Positions 46,310 to 56,134 of a DNA stretch of 64,000 bases are shown here, piece after piece. Position 1 is the first letter of the stretch. The number at the start of each line of letters is the position of its first letter. A program made the translations under genes and the position numbers. The stretch comes from Acidimicrobiia bacterium UBA2766 (lineage in GTDB: Bacteria > Actinomycetota > Acidimicrobiia > UBA2766): contig DEIU01000010.1 in the NCBI GenBank assembly GCA_002352645.1, forward strand, positions 138,348 to 202,347. Direction: 5' to 3'. The notes under the pieces are model-generated. The model saw nothing but the letters and a program-made list of their open reading frames with translations. It had not been told where the DNA came from and searched no databases.

Positions 46310-46830
46310 CTCACACTGTCCCTTGCTCTCGGCTCATACCACTTGATTCATCATACAAATCCGCGATTTTTGGGGCATTTTTCTCCCCGTAGCCGCCTCT
46401 TCAGGCTTTCCTCCCATTCGCAAGGAAAGCCTTCACCATATTCCCAACGAAAGAGGAATCGGGAGCAAGGTTACTCGAAGAAATATTGCTTGCGGGAACA
46501 AGGATACTCGTCTTCCAGTGACAAAATAGTGCGGGCATGAGTAGCCCCAGCTTCGCTCACTATGTCTCCCAGACCACTCGACGTGCCTGCTCTCTCTGTA
46601 CGTTCAAACTCATTGTCCTTGGAAAACACAAACATCTGCCGAATACCAACAATAGACGCGCAGATTACAGATCACAGGCACATTCGCAGCAAGCCTCTGT
46701 TTTTCAACTTTTTCTGCGAAAACCAAGAGAAAAATTGTTTCTTCCCGGAGGGAGGCTTTTCCCCACACTTTTGCGACATGGGGAACAGTGCAGAAAAAGC
46801 ACACGGGCCAAGATTGGGTATGGGAAAAAG

Positions 46831-46916
46831 TGCGGGCGGTGGGATTCGAACCCACACGAAGCGTCTGCTTCCAACCATTTTAAGTGGTCGACTGTCTACC
46901 ATTCCAGCACGCCCGC
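46831..46916 (-). tRNA. tRNA-Leu (anticodon UAA), type II with long variable arm, no encoded CCA
   Basis: Folded by hand. The acceptor is GCGGGCG/CGCCCGC and the D-arm is CTG..CAG. The anticodon loop is CUUAAAA and the variable stem is GAAGC/GCTTC. The T-arm is GTGGG-TTCGAAT-CCCAC. The anticodon stem can form an extra sixth pair. Confidence 0.9.
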
Positions 46917-47215
46917 ATACAACCATTTTTCACACCGCACACCCCATCGGCGCTTTTTCAACTCTCGCGTGACCGTTCCCCACCCTCCCACCACAGAGGA
47001 GCGAGTTCAAAAAGAAAACCCTTTGTGGTATCCACGCTGATTATATGAGATCAGCAAGATTCAATGGATTTTGTAGGTTTTTCAATACCTCGCTCATGAT
47101 TTTGCACGAAGAAAATGACAATAACAAAAGATATGCCGGTCAGGCTTCTTCTTCGTCTCGTCCTCTCAACACGCGCCCGACAGCCTAACCCATCTCGCTC
47201 TGACAAGGAGACACA

Positions 47216-48844
47216 TCAGAGCAGGCATTTCAAAACAATAAGTGCAACATCATCACCAAGATTGCCACAATGCGCGACAGCCCGATTATAAAGAGAATCC
47301 GCAATTTCACCGACTGGATACTCGGCGATTCCTTCCAAAGTACGCAACAAGGGACGGATACCAAGCATTTCCCCACCAGAACGGCGTGCTTCCGTCAGGC
47401 CATCAGTGAAAAGAACGAACACGTCACCCGGAGCAAACTTCATACGGTCGAGACGCAAATCGGCATGTTTACTAATGCCCAAGGCCAAGCCTGATGAACC
47501 AAGCTGTTGGGCCGCTTCGCCACGCCGCCAGAGTAAAGGCCGGGGATGCCCGGCGTTGGCCCAACGCAGCAGACGGGTATCGAGATCAATCACTCCAAAC
47601 AACATGGTGATGAAGCCCTCCAGCGAACCCTGCTCATACACCGCACGGTTCAGCTCTGCCACTATTGGTCCCGGGTGCACCTGATTACACGCCAATCCAC
47701 GTGCCATATGCCGAACAAGAGAAGTTTGCGCCGCTGCCCCAGGCCCCTTCCCCGACACATCCCCCAGGAGGAGCGCATAGGACTCCTCCTGAAAACGCAT
47801 TTCAAACACATCATAGAAGTCACCCCCAACCGACCCTGAAGCTCCTGCAGGCCGATACAAAGTAGCCAGTTCAAAACCGGGAATGACAGGAACCGGCCCA
47901 GGCAACAAGGCTTCTTGCAAGGTCGTGGCAACACGGCATTGCTCGGAGAACAGTCTGGCATTCTCCACGGCCAAAGCTGCCTCCGCCGCAAAAACTTCTG
48001 CAAGCTCCAAATCGTGCCCTGTAAAACCATCGGCCTTATCAAGCACAATCAGAATCGAGATAGTCTGCCCACGCAAACGCATCGGAATTGCCGCACCATT
48101 CTGCGCACCCAAACAGCGAAAAAGTCTGCCAAAATCTGACTCGTCAGCCTCACTCGAAACGTCTTCCGTCGCGAAAATGGTGCCCTCCATAATCACTTTC
48201 CACGACCATGTTCCCGCTTCCATATCAAGCAGAAAGTCAGAAAAATCCGTTTCCAAACCGTACGCCGGATCTAGCATCTGTAGGACACGCTGGCGAGGAT
48301 TCCTCGTCGCCGAACGTTCAAGCGCCAAAATGGCGCAGGCGCGACACTCCAGCATCCTGCCAATATCAGCGGTGAGGATGCCTGAAACAGCACTCCCCTC
48401 TTCTGCTGTCGACACTCGTTTCGACAAAGAGACAAGACCCTCCAGCATCTCGATACGTTTCGCAGTCTCAAGCACGTTGTTGACATCAGTGGCAACCAAC
48501 AGCATGGCGCAGACTTTTCCCGCACTGTCACAGACAGGAGTGGCAGACCATTCGCAGATAACCGAGGCTCCGGCCCGCCGAAAACGATCCTGGGAAGAAA
48601 AAATCGCACAGGAAAACTCACACGCAGACCCCACACCGTTTGCAGCGCTATCCAGAAGGGCAATGAGGTCGCCCGCATGAGCATAGGCATCCGCCAGGAA
48701 TACTCCGGCCAAAGGACGGCTCGCCATAGATTCAAACGCGGGTGACGCGGCAATAACTTCATACTGTTCGGGCAGCACGACCCCCATGGGAACTCTGGCA
48801 TTCTCAGCAAGACGGCAAAAAGACGCGAGCAAGTTTCCTTTCAT
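47216..48844 (-). CDS. Sensor (PAS/GAF-like) domain protein with a C-terminal PP2C/SpoIIE serine phosphatase
   Basis: 'GGDFYDVFE', 'LLLGDVSGKGPGAA' and 'VFVLFTDGLTE' SpoIIE motifs. The start ATG overlaps the ppx stop (ATGA at 48841-48844). Confidence 0.85.
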   Translation of the reverse strand: MKGNLLASFCRLAENARVPMGVVLPEQYEVIAASPAFESMASRPLAGVFLADAYAHAGDLIALLDSAANGVGSACEFSCAIFSSQDRFRRAGASVICEWSATPVCDSAGKVCAMLLVATDVNNVLETAKRIEMLEGLVSLSKRVSTAEEGSAVSGILTADIGRMLECRACAILALERSATRNPRQRVLQMLDPAYGLETDFSDFLLDMEAGTWSWKVIMEGTIFATEDVSSEADESDFGRLFRCLGAQNGAAIPMRLRGQTISILIVLDKADGFTGHDLELAEVFAAEAALAVENARLFSEQCRVATTLQEALLPGPVPVIPGFELATLYRPAGASGSVGGDFYDVFEMRFQEESYALLLGDVSGKGPGAAAQTSLVRHMARGLACNQVHPGPIVAELNRAVYEQGSLEGFITMLFGVIDLDTRLLRWANAGHPRPLLWRRGEAAQQLGSSGLALGISKHADLRLDRMKFAPGDVFVLFTDGLTEARRSGGEMLGIRPLLRTLEGIAEYPVGEIADSLYNRAVAHCGNLGDDVALIVLKCLL

Positions 48845-49902
48845 AACCCATCGCTTTCCGTATGTACCTCTCGAAAATCTTTTTTGGTTTCTCCCTCTTC
48901 AACACATAAAGATGCCGCAAGGCCATCCAAAATATCTTTCTCAGATACAAGAAGACGATCGAAATCGAATTTTTCCATGATCCGCAGGAGCACAAGCCCA
49001 CCTGCCACAATAACATCGGCGCGCATAGGTTCTATGAGCATCCCACGGCGCTCTTGCGGCATCGCTCCGGCAAGCTTGTCAACAATCTCAGCGACTTGTG
49101 TTTGCGACAGTATCAGGCCATGTGTGCGGGAAGCGTCGTGCGCATTCAAGCCAAGAGCAACAGCAGCAACAGAGGTGACCGTTCCCGCCACCCCAATCAA
49201 AACAGCTGTTGTGCGCACAGGAACCACAGGGGGAACTGTCCCAAGGAGCGCGTCAATATCGGCAATCGCGCGTGCACGCTCCTCAGGAGTTGAAGGATCA
49301 GACCGGAAGTGGCGCTCTGTCATGCGCACACAACCCATATCAATCGAGACAAGTGATTCGGGCATGTTCCGCCCGAGCACAAACTCTGTCGACCCACCAC
49401 CAATATCGACAACCAAAAAAGAAGATCCGTTCTTTGCCCCTGTTTTCTTGTCTCCCGTTCCGGTTCTCGCCCCCGCTGTCCGGCCGGCACTTGTCTGCTC
49501 AAGCGGAGAAGAGAGCTCTGCTTCATCCGTGAGCCAGGCGGAGAAATCCCGCGTTGCTCCTGCAAACGTCAGAGCCGCTTCCTCTTCTCCGCTCAGTAGT
49601 TCGGGGAGGACGCCAACGCTGCGTTCCACCTGCGAAAAAAATTCTTCGCGATTGGTAGCGTCGCGCGCAGCGCTCGTTGCCGCAACACGCACCTTCGACA
49701 CTTGGTGCTGGGCGAACGCGTCACTGTACGTCTCGAGCACGGAGAGAGTGCGCGAAATTGCCTGTTCGGCCAAAACACCGGTGGCATCAACTCCCTGTCC
49801 AAGACGGGTGATACGCATACGACGGTCCAACTCTCGGCCCTGCGCGTCGGCCACAAGCAGACGAATGGAATTCGTTCCAATATCAATCGCTGCCACACTC
49901 AC
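48841..49902 (-). CDS. ppx: Exopolyphosphatase / pppGpp phosphohydrolase (Ppx/GppA family)
   Basis: 'AAIDIGTNSIRLLVAD' and 'VVDIGGGSTEF' ASKHA-fold motifs. A low-complexity insert 'TSAGRTAGARTGTGDKKTGAKNG' is present. Confidence 0.9.
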   Translation of the reverse strand: MSVAAIDIGTNSIRLLVADAQGRELDRRMRITRLGQGVDATGVLAEQAISRTLSVLETYSDAFAQHQVSKVRVAATSAARDATNREEFFSQVERSVGVLPELLSGEEEAALTFAGATRDFSAWLTDEAELSSPLEQTSAGRTAGARTGTGDKKTGAKNGSSFLVVDIGGGSTEFVLGRNMPESLVSIDMGCVRMTERHFRSDPSTPEERARAIADIDALLGTVPPVVPVRTTAVLIGVAGTVTSVAAVALGLNAHDASRTHGLILSQTQVAEIVDKLAGAMPQERRGMLIEPMRADVIVAGGLVLLRIMEKFDFDRLLVSEKDILDGLAASLCVEEGETKKDFREVHTESDGL

Positions 49903-49914
49903 AACGTTTCTCCC

Positions 49915-50661
49915 TCATTCTTCTTCCTGGGCATGAGAGGGATCTCCCGCTCCTTCTTCCACATGCCCGATCCTCTCTTGTGCGTGCAGTGGAGATGCGC
50001 GAACAAGAGAGGAAAACACTCCTCCCCGACGCACAGAGACCGGGGAACGCAGATCACTTCCATTCTGGGATTTTGGCCAGACTCCCCGCCCCTTTCGGGT
50101 GATCTCCACATCAGCACTTGTAAGATCATCAGGAAGGCAAGGCCGCTCACAATCAAGAAAACCCACAAATTCAGCCACACGCGCCCCTGCAGGATCTTCC
50201 CCGCCAACAAGCCAGTAACCGTAGCGCGCATGCAAGCATTTCACACCGCCATGCGCACCCCCCACTCCCCCAACAGGGAAGTACTCTGCCCCAACAAGAT
50301 CACCCATTTCTCGCATCTGCACAAGAAGATTCTCACGTTCGGTCGCATACGCGACATCGGCTTCTCCCGTGTCCACCAGGCCCTCAAGGGCTTTCACCAG
50401 TCCCTCCGATTCGAGGGCAGACACACGTTTCACCGCCAAAGGACACGTTAACCAGTAGAGAGTCGGAAAAGGAACTCCGTCCGGCAGTACAGGGGGCACA
50501 CGAATCACTACGGGAAGCCCAAAATGACAGCGCCTCGCGACAAACACTTCCCCACGCGGAGACCGCCCCAACATCAGACCAACAGCATCTGTATCAAACA
50601 GAATATCCTGTTCACTGGGCTTCCTACTTGGCAGATCCCCCTTCCCCTGACTTTGCACCAT
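49915..50661 (-). CDS. DUF501 domain protein
   Basis: 'GLPVVIRVPPVLPDGVPFPTLYWLTCP' is the DUF501 core as I remember it. It sits directly upstream of ppx, as in other actinobacteria. I prefer ATG 50661. The ORF opens at 50706. Confidence 0.7.
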   Translation of the reverse strand: MVQSQGKGDLPSRKPSEQDILFDTDAVGLMLGRSPRGEVFVARRCHFGLPVVIRVPPVLPDGVPFPTLYWLTCPLAVKRVSALESEGLVKALEGLVDTGEADVAYATERENLLVQMREMGDLVGAEYFPVGGVGGAHGGVKCLHARYGYWLVGGEDPAGARVAEFVGFLDCERPCLPDDLTSADVEITRKGRGVWPKSQNGSDLRSPVSVRRGGVFSSLVRASPLHAQERIGHVEEGAGDPSHAQEEE

Positions 50662-51319
50662 GCGATCATGTCCTTTCCCGTTATATCCAGTGTAGAGTTG
50701 AACCACCGCCTGCGAGCCGTCCCGTCAACGGGTCTTGCAGTCCCCGCAACGAGCCTCTCCAACGGGACTTCCCGGAGTTCTTCCGAACGGGCCTTCCGGG
50801 AGTTCTTCCCAAACGACTTTCTCACGAATGTTTCCGGCATTCCCCTCGACGATGGGCTCCTCTCCCGCCAATCCTGCAACACAGGCTTTCCTGAGAGATC
50901 ATCAGAGATCCTCCTGGACAAGGGGGTAATAGCACCGTCAGGCCCTTCTCCAAGAAAACACATGTTCTGGGGGAATCCTTCTTCCCCTTATCCTTCTTCC
51001 CGTGCGTATCATCGTTCGAAGAAAATTTCACAACCTTCCCGCCATACCGCACGGCTCATTCGCCTGCACTGGCACAGGAGCATGCTCCGGCTCGCCCCTG
51101 CCATCCTCCTCTCTCTCCATTCCCACAGAAGAACCGGCCACAGGACATTCAGGCCCTACGAAACATTTAGCTCCTGCCGAACAGTGCTGGTCTGAAAACC
51201 TCGACATTATCGGAACTATCCATTACAGCGTGCGACCTGCAGGCCGGCATTTCCAAGGAGAAGCCCGAGCAGAACTGCACCTCCCCTTTCTTGGCTTTTT
51301 TCTTTGGCCAATCTTTGCG

Positions 51320-52609
51320 ATGACACTGCGCTCGCGCCTCAAACACGCCCAACTGGAAAAGCCGGTAACCGCCCCCTGGTGGGCCCCACCGGCACCTTTT
51401 TCCCCACAAGACGCCGCGGCTGCTGCGGCACTCTGCGCTGCACTTTCCCTGCTCGACTACACGGGAACTCTTTTCACGCAAACAGCTGGTTATTTTTCTG
51501 CCTCATTCCAGGCCGAAAACGCGGATCTCGCGGCAGCCGCGGCGATTACCCGGGTTGGCGCGCTTTTCGCCCTTGCTGGAGCGGTGTTTGCAGACCGGCG
51601 CGGAAGACGCAAAATCCTGATGATTTCTCTGACAGTCGTGACCGTGTGCACTATTTTCTCCGCTGTCGCGCCCGATCTCAAGACGTTTACTCTGCTCCAG
51701 GTTGGGGTGCGCTCAGGGGTAAATTTGGGTATCAGCCTCATCGGCATTGGCCTCATAGAAAACGCTCCAGAAGGATGTCGCCCTTACATTCTGGCTGTCA
51801 CGACAATGATCAGCGGAGCCAGTAAGGCGATCGCCGTGATTTTGCTTGTGATTGCGGATTTCCATCCGGAGGCATGGCGTTTCTTATTTGCGCTTGCCAC
51901 ACCATTGCTGTTTTTTCTCCCAAAATTATTTGGCGTTCTGCCAGAATCCCGGCGATTTCTGGAGCTTGCCGCCCAGGGAGTGAAAATGGGCCGTTTGCGT
52001 GCACTATTTTCTCCACGCTACAGCAAACGCCTGCTTATTCTTGTGCTCTCGATTTTCCTTCTCCAGCTCGGAGCCGCTCCTGCCGCACAGCTGAAAAACG
52101 ACTATTTACGAGATGAACATGCCTATTCAGCTTTCTCCATTCTCATAATGAGCGCAGTCACCCAAGGCCCGCTGCCGCTCATGGCTGTCTTTCTCGGCGG
52201 ACGTCTTGCAGAAACCGCCGGACGCAAGCCGCTCACTATTTTCGGCACGCTTCTTGCGATGGGCAGCATGGCCTTGTTCTACCTTGGCGAAGGGGCTGTC
52301 TTGTGGATCACCCTCGCCATTGCAACCACTTTTACTGGTTTGAGTGCTCCTGCCTGGGGAACAATGACCACAGAAATGTTCCCCACCGAAACACGTGGGA
52401 GTAGTAATGGAACTCTTCTCGTCGCAGGAATTTTCGGTTCGGTCACAGGACTCGCACTCACAGGAATGCTGGAAGGACCACTCGGCTCTTTTGGGACGGC
52501 TATTGCCGCAGTCAGTGCAGCACCCATCTTTGCCTGCTGTTTTCTGCTTCCCTTTCTGCCGGAATCAAAAAACAAAAAACTCGACGAGATTAGCCCACCC
52601 ACAGCCTGA
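51320..52609 (+). CDS. MFS transporter
   Basis: About 12 hydrophobic segments and the 'FADRRGRRKIL' loop 2-3 motif. ATG 51320. The upstream in-frame 106 codons look non-coding. Confidence 0.7.
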   Translation: MTLRSRLKHAQLEKPVTAPWWAPPAPFSPQDAAAAAALCAALSLLDYTGTLFTQTAGYFSASFQAENADLAAAAAITRVGALFALAGAVFADRRGRRKILMISLTVVTVCTIFSAVAPDLKTFTLLQVGVRSGVNLGISLIGIGLIENAPEGCRPYILAVTTMISGASKAIAVILLVIADFHPEAWRFLFALATPLLFFLPKLFGVLPESRRFLELAAQGVKMGRLRALFSPRYSKRLLILVLSIFLLQLGAAPAAQLKNDYLRDEHAYSAFSILIMSAVTQGPLPLMAVFLGGRLAETAGRKPLTIFGTLLAMGSMALFYLGEGAVLWITLAIATTFTGLSAPAWGTMTTEMFPTETRGSSNGTLLVAGIFGSVTGLALTGMLEGPLGSFGTAIAAVSAAPIFACCFLLPFLPESKNKKLDEISPPTA

Positions 52610-52743
52610 CTGGAGGATGACCCCGTATCCCCATTTCCAAAATGCTCTTTTCGAGAAGGTTTTCCGGGGCATCTTCCGGCAAACAAGAAAAGACGCGGCT
52701 CCTGAAACATGAGGAAGAAAACTGATTTGTCAGAGAAGACCCG

Positions 52744-55242
52744 TTAAGAAGGCACACACCACTCTTCCAGCAGAGTCGCCAATTGCGCAAAGGTATAGGG
52801 TTTTGCAAGATGGTCATTCATCCCGGCCTCTACGCACCGTTGGGCATCCTCATCAAAGGCGTTTGCAGTAAGCGCGACAATCGGGATCTTCTCCCACTTT
52901 CCGCCTTTATTCCGAATCGCCCTAGAAGCCTGAAAACCATCCATAAGCGGCATCTGGCAATCCATCAGGATCATGTCGAAAGCGCAAGATTCTTCCTCGA
53001 GTACCTCAAGCGCCTCAAGGCCATTCACCGCGTGCTCCGGCGCAGTCCCCATCCTTTTCAAAAAGGTCATCGCGATCCTTGTATTCACGGGATTATCCTC
53101 AACAACAAGCACTTTCAGGCCCTTCACGTGCTGAAGCACCTTCTCCGTCGAAGAATCTTGCGCTTCTCGCGCGTGGTCTTGCCGCACAGGAGGCACAGGC
53201 GAAGCGCTCTTCCCGACATTATCAGTAATAAACAATACCGCTTCTCGCAATTGCCCCTTCCGCACAGGCTTCGGAAGCGACAGCACAATCCCGTTCCTGT
53301 CACACACCTTTGGCTCCACGTCCTCCATAGTTGTGCGAATAGGGGAAAGTAACAGGACGGGAAGCAGCGACAGGGCATCTACAGACCCCTGTGATTTCGA
53401 GGAGAGTGCCGCGGCACGCGTTTCTTGAAGACGTTCCGAAATAATCACCCCGTCGTCGTCGCCAAGTAAACGGTCGATCAAAAAAAAGTCAAACGCCGCC
53501 GGAGTCGAACGCAGCGCCGCCTGGGCAAGAGCCGCACTCGTTGCCCCCACTGTTTCTATTCCCCAGAGACGAAGTTGCGAGCGCAGCGCCTCCAGGCACG
53601 TCGCATTGTCATCTATGACAAGAGCCTGCAGACCCTCTCTCGTGCGCATCCCACTCTGCACAGCACCAGGCCCGGAGACATTTTCCCCTGACGCAGCAAG
53701 AGGGAAAGGAAGTCGTATCCAAAACTCGGACCCAATTCCCATTCTGCTCCGCAAACCGATTTCCCCGCCCATCAACTCTGCAAGCTGCTTACAAATGGCC
53801 AAGCCAAGACCTGTCCCGCCATAGCGTCGTGCCATGGATCCATCAGCTTGTTCAAAAGCGCGAAAAAGCCGGCGCTGCGCGGCCTCAGGAATGCCAAGAC
53901 CGGTATCCCCCACAGAAATACGCACGCACTCATCGTCGGCTACCACAACAACGAGCACTTCTCCTTCGGAAGTAAATTTCATCGCGTTACTGAGAAGATT
54001 CGTCAGGATCTGACGCAACCGTACTGGGTCACCATACACTTCATCGGGAATGTCCTCATCGATGAAGCTCACGAGTTCAAGACCCTTTTCTTGGGCTTGA
54101 TCAGCAAAAAGCCAAACAGTGTTTTCTACCGTATGGTGCAAAGAAAAAGGCACTTTCTCAATGGTCATTTTGCCGGCCTCGATCTTCGAAAAATCAAGGA
54201 TGTCATTGATGATGGCGAGCAGGCTTTCCCCAGAAGAACGGATCATCCCGACATAGTCACGCTCTTGTGGACGCAGCGTCTGACTCGCCGCCAAAAGGTC
54301 CGCCATGCCCAACACGCCATTCATAGGAGTACGGATCTCATGGCTCATGTTCGCCAGAAACTCAGACTTGAGACGCGCCGCCTCAAGCGCCTGGTTACGT
54401 GCTGCTTTCAACTCGTGAGACTGAGCGGAAAGCTGTTCTGCTTGCTGCACAACCTGGTGTTCCCGCCCCTGTAATTCGGCAAAATCCCACTCGGCAATCC
54501 ACCGAGCCAGCAGGAGATACCCCGCGACTCCCCACAATCCGAGAACTTGCAGAAAAATCAGGAGTTTCCTGTCTTCTCCCCAATCGTGTTGCAGCACTTC
54601 CGGGACCAGAGCAAAGGCACTTTCACTCTGAACACTCACCATCAAAAAACCGAGCGCGAGCAGCCAAAGGAATATTTCAAGAGGTGGGAAAAAACCCTGC
54701 TGCCAGGTATGGAGCAGTAGAAACAGCACGAAAACATACCCTACGAAAAAAGGGCTGCGCTCTCCGCCTGTGGCAATCACAAAAAACGACAGTACTCCTG
54801 TGAAAAAAACGAGAGTAAGCGTTCTCGCAAAAGAAAAACGCCGGAGCGTATCCACCACACTCCATCGCCACAAAAGCCCAAGCACAAAAACAGCAGCAAG
54901 CGCGAGAAACCCCAACAAGGACGCACCCACAAAAGTGACGCCAATCGCGGTAAAAATACCGATACACCCGGAAATCAGAATAAAGACGTTATAACGAGAG
55001 ACTGCAGCGATCAAAGACGGGTTCTCTCGGACGACGCCATACTCGATAAACCGTCCGACCGCATCCTTTAGGGCTGCATACAACACGTAACGGTCTACCT
55101 GTTCACTCCACAACCGCACCTTCCAACTCCCAATCGGCGCTAATCGACAAAAAGTAAGACGCGATTGCAGGTAATGGAGTACATGAAGACCGTTTTCCGT
55201 CTGTAGTCGGCAAGCCTTTGAGCAGGGAAAACAACATATCAC
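52744..55242 (-). CDS. Hybrid sensor histidine kinase with a polytopic N-terminal domain and two receiver domains
   Basis: H-box 'SHEIRTPMNGV', HATPase 'DTGLGI' and 'GGTGLGLAI'. REC1 'LVIDDN...FFLIDRLL'. REC2 'VLVVEDN...ILMDCQMP...ALTANA'. The start is uncertain (GTG 55242 is the ORF opening). Confidence 0.9.
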   Translation of the reverse strand: MICCFPCSKACRLQTENGLHVLHYLQSRLTFCRLAPIGSWKVRLWSEQVDRYVLYAALKDAVGRFIEYGVVRENPSLIAAVSRYNVFILISGCIGIFTAIGVTFVGASLLGFLALAAVFVLGLLWRWSVVDTLRRFSFARTLTLVFFTGVLSFFVIATGGERSPFFVGYVFVLFLLLHTWQQGFFPPLEIFLWLLALGFLMVSVQSESAFALVPEVLQHDWGEDRKLLIFLQVLGLWGVAGYLLLARWIAEWDFAELQGREHQVVQQAEQLSAQSHELKAARNQALEAARLKSEFLANMSHEIRTPMNGVLGMADLLAASQTLRPQERDYVGMIRSSGESLLAIINDILDFSKIEAGKMTIEKVPFSLHHTVENTVWLFADQAQEKGLELVSFIDEDIPDEVYGDPVRLRQILTNLLSNAMKFTSEGEVLVVVVADDECVRISVGDTGLGIPEAAQRRLFRAFEQADGSMARRYGGTGLGLAICKQLAELMGGEIGLRSRMGIGSEFWIRLPFPLAASGENVSGPGAVQSGMRTREGLQALVIDDNATCLEALRSQLRLWGIETVGATSAALAQAALRSTPAAFDFFLIDRLLGDDDGVIISERLQETRAAALSSKSQGSVDALSLLPVLLLSPIRTTMEDVEPKVCDRNGIVLSLPKPVRKGQLREAVLFITDNVGKSASPVPPVRQDHAREAQDSSTEKVLQHVKGLKVLVVEDNPVNTRIAMTFLKRMGTAPEHAVNGLEALEVLEEESCAFDMILMDCQMPLMDGFQASRAIRNKGGKWEKIPIVALTANAFDEDAQRCVEAGMNDHLAKPYTFAQLATLLEEWCVPS

Positions 55243-55409
55243 AAGAAACCGTCTGGAAAGGAAAGACGGGTACGATTATATGATGAAGCCATATCGAAAA
55301 GACAGCATGCTCATATCCATATCGTCACGGGAGCAGTTGGAAATCCCAACGACTCATCCGTGCCGCCTCCACCATTAGCACCCTGGGAAAATCGGGGAAG
55401 GAAATTACC

Positions 55410-55892
55410 ATGCCAGAACAGACAGAGGCCATGGAGAAAATTGGTCTCGCCTGGAGACAAATACGCAGACAATCTAATTCTAAAACTTTCCGCGATCTTG
55501 TGTACGGCCAGGGTCCGACAGCATTGGATGCGCTCCAAGCCGACATGCTCACGCGTCTTACGGGCGAAAAAACCTGGCGCATGGGAGACCTCGCCAATGC
55601 GCTCAGTATTGATGCGTCGACCGCCACCCGCACAGCCGACAAACTCGTGCGAGCAAGACTTGCCGTGCGCTACCCTGCCCAAAACGACGGACGAGGAGTA
55701 CTGATTAGTGCCACACAATTAGGATTTGAACGTATTGCTGACATCCAGGAAAAACGTATGGACATCCTGACCAGTATGCTCTCCCATTGGAACGAAGACG
55801 ACATCGCACGATTCGCAGTCCTTTTTTCACGAGCCGCGGAAGATATCGAAGACACTGTCATTCCATGTCCAGCAAGCTGCTCTGCAGGTTAA
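55410..55892 (+). CDS. MarR family transcriptional regulator
   Basis: 160 aa. Winged-helix region 'WRMGDLANALSIDASTATRTADKLVRARL..RYPAQNDGRGV'. A GGAAGGA RBS is present. Confidence 0.85.
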   Translation: MPEQTEAMEKIGLAWRQIRRQSNSKTFRDLVYGQGPTALDALQADMLTRLTGEKTWRMGDLANALSIDASTATRTADKLVRARLAVRYPAQNDGRGVLISATQLGFERIADIQEKRMDILTSMLSHWNEDDIARFAVLFSRAAEDIEDTVIPCPASCSAG

Positions 55893-56090
55893 TGACGCCG
55901 CCTTCTCACACCTGTTCCTCTTCTCTCTGTTGGGGAACAATTCCCATTTCCCAGCAGCTTCTTTTTCCCGCGACGGGCACAGCGCCATCCTCGCATACGC
56001 CCCCTCTTACAATCTCGACGCACCATACCGGCATTTTCCGCAATCTGCCCGGAACAATATCGAAATTACAACGGATAAAAGACGAAGGGA

Positions 56091-56127
56091 AGCCTACAAG
56101 CAGTTGTCTGACAACTGCTTGTAGGCT
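56091..56127. terminator. 37-nt near-perfect palindrome (18-nt arms) between convergent genes
   Basis: agcctacaagcagttgtc-t-gacaactgcttgtaggct, between the MarR stop (55892) and the ACAD stop (56135). Confidence 0.6.
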
Positions 56128-56134
56128 ATTCAGC

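Noticed and set aside
46831-47140. tRNA-Leu with an adjacent AT-rich patch (47040-47140) as a possible genomic-island integration site.
   Set aside because: There is no integrase. I find no direct repeat of the tRNA 3' end elsewhere in the window. The flanking genes are ordinary. The AT-rich patch is on the promoter side of the tRNA and is more simply its promoter or UP region.
51002-51319. In-frame 106-codon upstream extension of the MFS transporter ORF. The same applies to 60623-60769 for the GGDEF-EAL gene and 34580-34606 for the DUF4012-like gene.
   Set aside because: The extensions are Pro/Ser/Arg-rich and lack TM segments or domain similarity. T-poor spacers simply lack stop codons.
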